This document shows positions 56,230 to 64,000 of a stretch of DNA of 64,000 nucleotides, one piece after another. The position numbers and the translations under genes were made by a program. Each line of letters begins with the position of its first letter. The stretch's first letter is position 1. The notes under the pieces were generated by a model. It was given only the letters and a program-made list of their open reading frames with translations. It ran no database searches and was not told where the DNA came from. The DNA comes from an uncultured Planctomycetales bacterium (GTDB lineage Bacteria; Planctomycetota; Planctomycetia; Pirellulales; PNKZ01): NCBI GenBank assembly GCA_963710365.1, contig CAVQAC010000018.1, positions 281,774 through 345,773 of the forward strand, written 5' to 3'.

Positions 56230-57088
56230 TTAGACCTTCAACTGGCCGTAACGCCGCGAACGGCGACGGCGGACGATGGCCGAATTCGACGGCTTGCGAC
56301 GCCGACGCGTGCGACCACCCTTGGCGCTCTTGCCCGTCGGGCTGACCGGATTGCGGCCGCCCTTGGTGCGGCCTTCGCCACCGCCGTGCGGATGGTCGAT
56401 GGGGTTCATCGTGGTGCCGCGGACGTGCGGGCCGACGGCCCATCCAACGCTTGCGGCCGGCTTTGCCCAGCACGATGTTCATGTGATCGGGATTGCTGGT
56501 CGCTGCCGATCGTGGCCCGGCAGGTTGCCGGCACGCGACGCACTTCACCGCTGGGGAGCGTGATCTGGGCCCAGGCGGCATCGCGGGCATTGAGCGTCGC
56601 GCTGACGCCGGCCGAACGGCAGAGCACGCCGCCGCGGCCCGGCTGCAACTCGACGTTGTGGACCACGGTGCCCATGGGAATGTTCTTCAGCGGCAGGCAG
56701 TTGCCGATCGACGGCGGAGCATCGGGCCCGCTCATGTACGGAATCGCCCGCCTTCAGGCCGTGCGGAGCCAGGATGTAACGCTTCTCGCCGTCGGCATAG
56801 TGCAGCAGGGCAATACGCGTGCTGCGATTCGGATCGTACTGGATCGAATGCCACCTTGGCCGGAACTCCGTCCTTGGTGCGGCGGAAGTCGATCACCCGA
56901 TACTGCTGCTTGTGGCCACCGCCGCGATGCCGGACCGTAATTACGCCCTGATTGTTGCGGCCGCCCTTTTTGTGATTCGGCCGCAGCAGGCTCTTTTCCG
57001 GCTTGGCACCTTCGGTCAACTCGGCAAAATCGCTGACGCTCGCGCCGCGACGCCCGGCGGTGACCGGCTTGTAATGACGTATACCCAT
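56230..57088 (-). CDS. rplB: 50S ribosomal protein L2; several indels
   Basis: GGRNNQG...HRGGGHK and LPSGE; [13 protein letters not shown] in a shifted frame. Confidence 0.95.
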
Positions 57089-57188
57089 GATCTTATTGCT
57101 TTCTGCTGACCCTGGCTTCGCGTCAACTACCAACAAGTTCGAGACCATCGCCTGGCCTACAACCTGCCTGGCTCGCAACCCTGCCCGT

Positions 57189-57501
57189 TTAGAAGAAGTC
57201 GATGCGGTGTTCGGGATCGAGCTTCACGATCGCCTTCTTCCAGTCCTTCGTGTGGCCGCTGCGAAACTTCGAGCGGCGAGGCTTGCCCTTGCGGTTGACC
57301 GTATGAACGCGAATCACCTTGACGCTGAACAACTCTTCGACCGCGCGGCGAACGTCGGCCTTGGTGGCCAGCCGATTGATCTCGAACGCATAGGCGTTGT
57401 ATCGCGTCGAGCGGTGCATGCCCTTTTCCGTAACCAACGGCCGCAGGATGACCTGGTGCGGCTCGAGGAAGGAGGTCGGGATTGGCGGTTTCATCGGCCA
57501 T
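57189..57501 (-). CDS. rplW: 50S ribosomal protein L23
   Basis: RPLVTEK and WKKAIVKL; start approximate. Confidence 0.93.
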
Positions 57502-57592
57502 GATGGACTGTCACTTGAAGCTGACCTATCCCTAGCTAGCACTGTCCTAGCTAACACTGCCGTTGAATCAATTGCTTGCCTTGGCGGTCTTG

Positions 57593-58225
57593 TCACGCGG
57601 CAGTGGCCCGCGACTTGATCGCATCGAGGCGGCCCGCGTCACCAGCAGCGTGTTCGGCGTCAGAATACGTCCAGGCATTCAGATCGGACACGCGCGACAC
57701 GCTCACCCGAGCAATGTTGCGGGCGCTTTTGTAAACGTTCGGGTCATGCGCGGCCGTGGCCACCAACAGGCTCTTGCCATCGCAGTGCAAGGCCCGCAAG
57801 ATGCCGGCCATTTCCTTGGTCTTCGGAGCCTGGAACGACAACTCATCAATGACCACAACTTGTTCGCTCTTGATTTTGGCGGCCAGGGCCATCCGAGTCG
57901 CCAATTGCACGGCCTTGCGCGGCAGACGGTAGGTCCAGTCGCGCGGCCGCTTGGCGAAAATATGGCCGCCGCCCCGGCGGACGCCGCTGCGGCGCGAACC
58001 GGCGCGGGCATTGCCCGTCCCCTTCTGTCGATACATCTTCTTCGTCGAGCCGGCAACTTCCGCGCGGCTCTTGGTCTTGGCGGTACCCAGACGCTGATTG
58101 GACTGGTACATCACCACGACGTCGTGCAGCAACTGCTTGTTGATATGCGGCGCCAACGTCGTCGGGTCGATCTCGTACTTCCCGACTTCTTTGCCGGCAC
58201 GATCAAAAATGGGCAAGGTGGCCAT
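57593..58225 (-). CDS. rplD: 50S ribosomal protein L4
   Basis: RQKGTGNARAG and SARNI. Confidence 0.95.
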   Translation of the reverse strand: MATLPIFDRAGKEVGKYEIDPTTLAPHINKQLLHDVVVMYQSNQRLGTAKTKSRAEVAGSTKKMYRQKGTGNARAGSRRSGVRRGGGHIFAKRPRDWTYRLPRKAVQLATRMALAAKIKSEQVVVIDELSFQAPKTKEMAGILRALHCDGKSLLVATAAHDPNVYKSARNIARVSVSRVSDLNAWTYSDAEHAAGDAGRLDAIKSRATAA

Positions 58226-58295
58226 GACTGACGACGACTCCACAAAAACAAAACCGACCCCGACGGGTCACTGACATTTAAAAGCTACTGATTTC

Positions 58296-58982
58296 TTACA
58301 GGATATTTGTCTGCCGGATGACAACGTAGCCGCCATTCGGACCCGGAACGGCGCCGCGGACCAGCAGCAAATTATTTTCCGTATCGACCCGCACCACCTT
58401 GATATTCCGCATGGTGCTCTTCTCATTGCCCATGCGGCCGACCATCTTCTTTCCCTTCATGACGCGAGCGGGGAAAGTATTGGCCGAAGTGCCACCGCTA
58501 TGACGATGCACCTTCTTGACGCCGTGGGTGGCACGCTGACCCTTGAAGTTATGCAACTTCATCAGACCGGCAGTACCGCGACCCTTGGAGATGCCGGTCA
58601 CGTCAACCGACACGACGCCGTTGAGCAGGTCAACCTTGAGCTCCTGGCCGACCTTGTAGTCGCCTGCGGGTCCACGAAATTCGCGGACGAATCGCTTGGG
58701 CTCACAGCCGGCCTTTTCAGCCAACTGAACGCCGGCAGCAGCACGGCTCTTAGAACGCTTGCTGTCGAGCTTTGCAACATGACCACGCTGACTGCGACTG
58801 GCCAAGCGACGGGGCTTATCGCTAAAGCCCACCTGAACGGCCTCATAGCCGTCGCGCTCGGCGGTCCGGAGCTGCAGAATGTGACAGGGCCCTGCTTCGA
58901 GCACTGTCACCGGTATAGCCCGGCCCGTTTCATCAAAAACCTGAGTCATCCCGACCTTGCGGCCGAGCAATCCAATCGCCAT
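58296..58982 (-). CDS. rplC: 50S ribosomal protein L3
   Basis: GRKVGMTQ, DGYEAVQ, SKGRG and GAVPG. Confidence 0.96.
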   Translation of the reverse strand: MAIGLLGRKVGMTQVFDETGRAIPVTVLEAGPCHILQLRTAERDGYEAVQVGFSDKPRRLASRSQRGHVAKLDSKRSKSRAAAGVQLAEKAGCEPKRFVREFRGPAGDYKVGQELKVDLLNGVVSVDVTGISKGRGTAGLMKLHNFKGQRATHGVKKVHRHSGGTSANTFPARVMKGKKMVGRMGNEKSTMRNIKVVRVDTENNLLLVRGAVPGPNGGYVVIRQTNIL

Positions 58983-59180
58983 CGCTAGTGCGCCTTGTGG
59001 TCTGTTGCCTACGGGACAGAGCAGCTTAAACGCCGCAATTTACCCGCTCAGCTTCCATGACATAGAATGCCAACCCGGAATAACGGGCCGGTTTTATTCG
59101 CTCTGGTTTCGGTTGCCACCCAGACAGAACTACAGCAAATCGATTGCTGCGGCAGCCCTGGCGGTGATTTGCTAGTTATA

Positions 59181-59510
59181 TTAGTGCCTGCTCGAGGCCT
59201 TGATCTTAATATCGACGCCCGCCGGAAGGCTCAGCTTATTGAGCGCCTCGATCGTCTTGGCCGTCGAGCGGACAATATCGATCAAGCGCTTATGAGTGCG
59301 AATTTCAAATTGCTGCCGGGCCTTCTTGTCGACGTGCGGGCTGGACTGCACCGTGTAGCGTTCGATTCGGGTCGGCAAGGGAATTGGCCCATGAACCTCC
59401 GAACCAGTCCGCTTGGCTGTGTCTACGATTTCCGCCGCGCTTTGATCCAGCACGGAGTGGTCGTAAGCTTCCATCCTGATTCGGATGACTTCACTTGTTT
59501 GACCGGCCAC
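59181..59510 (-). CDS. rpsJ: 30S ribosomal protein S10
   Basis: GPIPLPT and [19 protein letters not shown]; GTG start. Confidence 0.97.
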   Translation of the reverse strand: MAGQTSEVIRIRMEAYDHSVLDQSAAEIVDTAKRTGSEVHGPIPLPTRIERYTVQSSPHVDKKARQQFEIRTHKRLIDIVRSTAKTIEALNKLSLPAGVDIKIKASSRH

Positions 59511-59585
59511 GATTCGCTCCCAAACCCGTCCGCTGCACTATCCAAAACACTCACACGATTCCCTGCGCCCGCAGGGGAATCACAG

Positions 59586-59614
59586 ATGATAGGAGGTCGA
59601 GAAAAACCTGTCAA
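59586..59614 (-). promoter_or_regulatory. Sigma-70 promoter of the S10 operon
   Basis: TTGACA-N17-TATCAT on the minus strand, ~75 bp upstream of rpsJ, followed by a leader hairpin (59557-59581). Confidence 0.8.
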
Positions 59615-59960
59615 CGGGCTCCAGCGAAGAAAACGCTGGCAAAACGAACCGCGGTCGCGAAAGCCGATGGCGCCAGGAGCCCGAACTGGCCCGCAATGCT
59701 TTCGCCGGCGATACAACCGATCGCACGGCGATTGATCATCGCGCCCCTAGATTAGAAGCCTGCGGACGACTCCACCGGGCGTTCCGCCGAACGAAACATG
59801 CTCTAAGTGGTTTGGCGTGGCTGCGACTGCCTTTCCGCAGCCCCATAGCGACGCTATACTTGCGACTCGTCTCCAGGGGTGCGACTCAAGCCCGACCGTT
59901 CCAGGTCTTCCGCGGCTTGAAATTGTTCTAATCAGCGCCTTTTTGCCGGATTTTTGCCAG

Positions 59961-60810
59961 ATGCCCAAATTCGTGGTGCGATTCGGTGCGATGCGCATGC
60001 TGGGGGTTTTTACCACCAGCCAGGGCGAGATGCTCCGCCGCGACACACGGGTCATCGCGCGCACCGAGCGCGGCCTGGAGGTCGGCGAAGTGTTGTGCGA
60101 GGGGACGGACGAGGCCGTCGCTCAGCTCCAAGACCCGCGACGCGGCCAAATCGTGCGAAACATGACGGCCGAGGACGAAAACGAACTGATGCGGATTCGG
60201 GCGCACCAGCGCGATCAGTACGGCGTTTGCCTGCGGATGGTCGAGCAGCTTAAATTGCAAATGGAGCTCGTCGACCTGGAGCAAATCTTCGGCGGCGAAC
60301 GGATCGTGATCTATTATCTAGCCGAAAACCGCGTTGATTTCCGCGAGTTGGTGAAACTGCTAGCAGCCGAATTCCAGACGCGGATCGAAATGCGGCAGAT
60401 CGGCGTCCGCGACGAAGCAAAGCTGCTGGCCGATTACGGCGACTGTGGCAAGCCGGTTTGTTGCAATACGCACCTCTCGGAGATGCCTCCGGTGTCGATG
60501 AAAATGGCCAAGCTGCAAAAGGCCACGCTCGATCCCACCAAGATTTCCGGCCGCTGCGGCCGCTTGAAGTGCTGTCTGCGTTACGAATATGAAACTTACG
60601 AGCAACTGCAAAAGGAGCTCCCTGCGATTGGAGCGCCAGATTGTCACCAGCAACGGCCGCGGTCGGGTGCTGGCCCACGAAATCCTGGCCAGCCAACTGC
60701 TGGTCGAAATGGAGGACCATCGCCGCGTGTTGGTTTTGTCCAGCGATGTCCTGACAGTCATCGCCGGGGGAACACCATCCTCGTCGCAAGGCACGCCCGG
60801 CGATAATTGA
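59961..60810 (+). CDS. ricT: PSP1-domain RicT/YaaT-like protein; indel near 60635
   Basis: RVDFRELV, RIEMRQIGVRDEAK, CGKPVCC and KISGRCGRLKCCL. Confidence 0.85.
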
Positions 60811-60915
60811 CCCAGACCTCCTGAATTTGATTTCCTGCGGCAAAAAACCGCATGCTGTAACCCTGCCGATCTCACCTGTTTTTCATGCGTATCGTTCACG
60901 GCGTAGTTTTTGATC

Positions 60916-61371
60916 ATGACTGAACCCGAGTTGTCGATCGTCGAATTGCTCCGCCAGGACCGGCGTTTCAAGCCCGAGGCCTACTATTTCGTGTTCCATG
61001 CCTTGAGCTACGGGCACAAGGTGCTGGGATTGGGAACGCCACATACGGTCGAGAAACTGCCCTCCCCAAGCTCGGGCGAGAAGGAACCGGAAGAAGGGAC
61101 CGAACGTCACCTCACAGGCCAGGAGCTGTGCGAAGCGATTCGCCGCTACGCCCTTGATGAGTATGGCTACATGGCCAAATGCGTGCTGAACAGCTGGGGG
61201 GTCAAGACGACCGGCGATTTCGGCGAAATTGTCTTCAACCTGATCCGCGTCGGTGAAATGCGTAAGACCGATCAGGATCGCCGCGAAGACTTCAACGACG
61301 TTTACGACTTCGAGACGGCATTGCAGACCGGTTTTCGCATCGAACCACCCAGCGAGTCCGAAGCCGGCTGA
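60916..61371 (+). CDS. Planctomycetes/Verrucomicrobia conserved protein (Minf_1886/TIGR04138-like)
   Basis: AYYFV, HLTGQELC and SWGVKTTGDFGEIVFNL. Confidence 0.8.
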   Translation: MTEPELSIVELLRQDRRFKPEAYYFVFHALSYGHKVLGLGTPHTVEKLPSPSSGEKEPEEGTERHLTGQELCEAIRRYALDEYGYMAKCVLNSWGVKTTGDFGEIVFNLIRVGEMRKTDQDRREDFNDVYDFETALQTGFRIEPPSESEAG

Positions 61372-61827
61372 AGGCTGGGCCGAGTGAGTGAGTCGTTCGA
61401 CTGTTCGCCCTTAGGAAGTGTCCGCGGGAACTGTCTGCATGCCGACGAAACGTGCCCGCTGGCTGCTCGCCTTGGCATCTCTGGCCCTAGTGTTTTGGAT
61501 TGCCTTTCTGCTGGTGCTGGCCCTGCATTGGATGGGAACGTAACGTCTCACGAAGCCTGGCGGATTCATCCCTGTGCATTCACCCCGCCTACCCTATCCA
61601 GCCATATTGCTGGGCGCCTAGCCCTTTGCACATCGCCATTGGGTCGTGTGCCACCCCCCGGACGTGAACAAATGCACAGTTTTTCACTTCCGCCCCATTG
61701 AGCACGGGCCATCGCCTTGTAAGAATCGAAGGTACTGCACGCGCGGCATGGCGCCGCCGCGTCAGGCGCGGGTCGACGCGTGCTAGACGCACAATCCGCC
61801 CCAAACCTCATAGGAAATGCAAGGAAG

Positions 61828-62115
61828 ATGAAAGTCGTCCCGGTGGGAGACCATGTGGTAGTTCGAGAGTTTCGCGATCAGCCGATTGAACCTGGTGAAT
61901 TAGCCTTTCCGGCAGGTTACCAACCTGGGCCAGCCGAGGGCCGCGTGGTGTCGGTGGGGGATGGTCGAAGGTTGCCGTGCGGCGAGCGGGCTCACCCGCG
62001 CGTCGGCGAAGGCGACCGCGTCCTCTATCATCATAACTCCGGCACAGAATTCCAGATTGGCGGCCAGGATCTGCTGATTCTGACCGAAGACGAGATTCTC
62101 GCGGTACTCGAATAG
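61828..62115 (+). CDS. GroES-like co-chaperonin (divergent paralog)
   Basis: VVPVGDHVVV, GRVVSVGDG, VGEGDRVLY and EDEILAVLE. Confidence 0.8.
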   Translation: MKVVPVGDHVVVREFRDQPIEPGELAFPAGYQPGPAEGRVVSVGDGRRLPCGERAHPRVGEGDRVLYHHNSGTEFQIGGQDLLILTEDEILAVLE

Positions 62116-62171
62116 GCTGCACCCCCATGATGCACCTCACATAAAAATAAAATGGCCAGGAGGCCTTCGGA

Positions 62172-63323
62172 ATGAGATCGCACCGCCGCCCGCTTCTGTG
62201 CCCGCCTTGGGCGAGTCTGGCCCTGATTGGAATGCTTGGCAGTTTGCTCTGGGGATTGTCCGGCAGCGTTACGCAGGCCGAGGATCAATCTTCAGTCGGC
62301 TCGGCCGCGAGCAGGCCGTGACCAAAGCGGTCGACTTTCTGCGAACGCAGCAAGCAACGGACGGTTCCTTCAGCGCCTCCGACGGGGCCGGCCGTCACGG
62401 CTCTGGTCGTCACCGGAATCCTGCGCAACGGCCGCACGATGCAAGACCCGATGGTAGCCAAAGGCCTGAAGTACCTCGAAGGGTTCGTAAAGCCCGACGG
62501 CGGCGTCTACCAACCCGAGAGCAATCATCGCAACTATGAAACGTGCCTGGCAATTGTCTGCTTTGCGGCCGCCAACCGCGACGGTCATTACGACGCTCTG
62601 TTGAAAAAGGCCGATGCCTTTGTCAAAGGGCTGCAATGGGACGAGTCTGAGGATCAAAAGCCAACGGACATCAACTATGGCGGCACGGCTATGGCAAGAG
62701 CAAGCGTCCTGACCTGTCGAACACCAGCTTTCTGATCGATGCCCTAAAGGCCGCCGGCGCAGGGCCCGATGACGAGGCCATGAAGAAGGCCCTGATCTTC
62801 GTTTCCCGCTGCCAAAATCTAGAGAGCGAATACAACACGACCGAGTTCAGCCGCCAAGAATCCCGACGGCGGTTTCTACTACACGCCGGCCGCCGGCGGT
62901 AGCAGCATGGCCGGCAAGACGCCCGAGGGCGGACTGCGCAGCTACGCCTCGATGACCTACGCAGGGCTGAAGAGCATGATCTTTGCCGGCGTCGGGCCCG
63001 ACGACCCGCGCGTCAAAGCCGCCGTCGAGTGGCTGCGGAAGCACTATGCTCTGGACAGCAATCCGGGCATGGGCGATGCCGGACTGTTTTATTACTACAC
63101 CACGTTCGCCAAAGCCCTGGACGCCATGGGCCAGGAAACGTTCGTTGATGAGCAGGGGAAAAAGCACGCCTGGCGCGACGAATTGGCCCAGGAGCTCGCT
63201 CAGCGACAACGGGCCGATGGCGCCTGGGTCAACTCAAACGCCCGCTGGCTCGAGGGGGATCCGAACCTGGTCACCGGCTACGGACTGCTGGCGATTGCCT
63301 ACTGCCGGCCGCTGGCCAAGTAG
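62172..63323 (+). CDS. Prenyltransferase/squalene-oxidase-repeat (alpha/alpha barrel) secreted protein; several indels
   Basis: [31 protein letters not shown] and QRADGAW. Confidence 0.75.
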
Positions 63324-63381
63324 CGGAAAGAGATTCGCAGGCGGGGCGTTCGAACTTCGTCTTCTTTCCCGGAGGTCGACC

Positions 63382-64000
63382 ATGCGACTCTGCGCTCTGA
63401 TTATTTCCCTCGCAGCGATTGTCAGCGTTCAAGCAGCCCAACGCTCGGCGGCCGAAGACTGGCCCCAATGGCGTGGGCCGACGCGCGACGACGTGTGGCG
63501 TGAGACCGGACTGGTCGAGAAGTTTGCCGCCCCGCAACTCGCAATCCGTTGGCGGGCCGAAGTCTCCAGCGGCTATTCCGGCCCCACGGTGAGCGCCGGC
63601 CGCGTCGTCGTCACCGACCGGCTTACCGAACCGGAACAAAGCGAGCGCGTGCTCTGTTTCGATCAACAGACGGGCAAAAAGCTTTGGCAGCACCAATACG
63701 CTTGCCAGTACAAGATCGGCTATCCGGCTGGCCCGCGGGCGTCGGTTTCGATCGATTCCGGCCGGGCCTACTCGCTGGGCGCCATGGGGCACCTGTTCTG
63801 TCTCACGGCCGACAAAGGCGAGGTTGTCTGGCAGAAGGATCTGCAAACCGAGTACAAAATCCCCATGCCCATCTGGGGCATGGCCGCCTCGCCGTTGGTC
63901 GTCGGCAATCTGCTGATCGTCCAGGTCGGCGGCGAACCAGGGGCCTGCCTCGTGGCTTTCGACAAGGTCACGGGCCAGGAACGGTGGCGAGCCCTCGACG
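63382..64000 (+). CDS. PQQ-binding-like beta-propeller (BamB-like) protein, 3'-partial
   Basis: GGAGG RBS, signal peptide, DWPQWRGP, GYSGP, TGKKLW and WGMAASP. Confidence 0.85.
   Translation, partial: MRLCALIISLAAIVSVQAAQRSAAEDWPQWRGPTRDDVWRETGLVEKFAAPQLAIRWRAEVSSGYSGPTVSAGRVVVTDRLTEPEQSERVLCFDQQTGKKLWQHQYACQYKIGYPAGPRASVSIDSGRAYSLGAMGHLFCLTADKGEVVWQKDLQTEYKIPMPIWGMAASPLVVGNLLIVQVGGEPGACLVAFDKVTGQERWRALD

Noticed and set aside
62172-63323. Squalene-hopene cyclase or terpene biosynthesis locus
   Set aside because: A single barrel of ~380 aa with a signal peptide, no DXDD motif at the expected position and no isoprenoid genes nearby.

Overview
GC-rich bacterial chromosomal window, almost certainly from a Planctomycetota (Pirellulales-like) genome. 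The assignment rests on the DUF1592/DUF1552 pair, three Hanks-type Ser/Thr kinases, a kinase-linked ECF sigma factor, a TIGR04138-like protein and the absence of rpmD from the spc operon. The sequence has pervasive single-base indels, including in essential genes (rplB, rpsC, rplE, secY, rpoA, rpsD), so the frameshifts are read as sequencing or assembly errors and split genes are reported as merged spans. 1-42 kb is accessory and envelope DNA: secreted hydrolases, kinases, an M60 peptidase, a divergent phosphonate-catabolism cluster (Zn-ADH, DUF5690-like permease, PhnZ-like HD oxygenase, FAD oxidoreductase, PhnX, but no phnW, phnY or ABC transporter), a complete IS256 with a 7-bp target duplication at the foot of a palindrome, an ECF sigma factor divergent from a zinc-finger/kinase/c-heme (DUF3365-like) sensor, kdsD-kdsC followed by a ~1050-aa LptC/LptA-like protein, hpt and two GT4 enzymes. 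42.8-59.5 kb holds the S10-spc-alpha ribosomal protein superoperon on the minus strand. The window ends with ricT/yaaT-like, TIGR04138-like, orphan groES-like, prenyltransferase-barrel and PQQ-propeller genes. Intergenic DNA carries several unrelated REP-like palindromes and heptamer-periodic repeat arrays. No rRNA, tRNA or CRISPR array was seen. The best candidates for new biology are the phosphonate cluster architecture, the heme-sensing kinase/ECF pair, the giant Lpt-like protein and the repeat/IS interplay. All family assignments come from motif recognition by eye, not from database searches.
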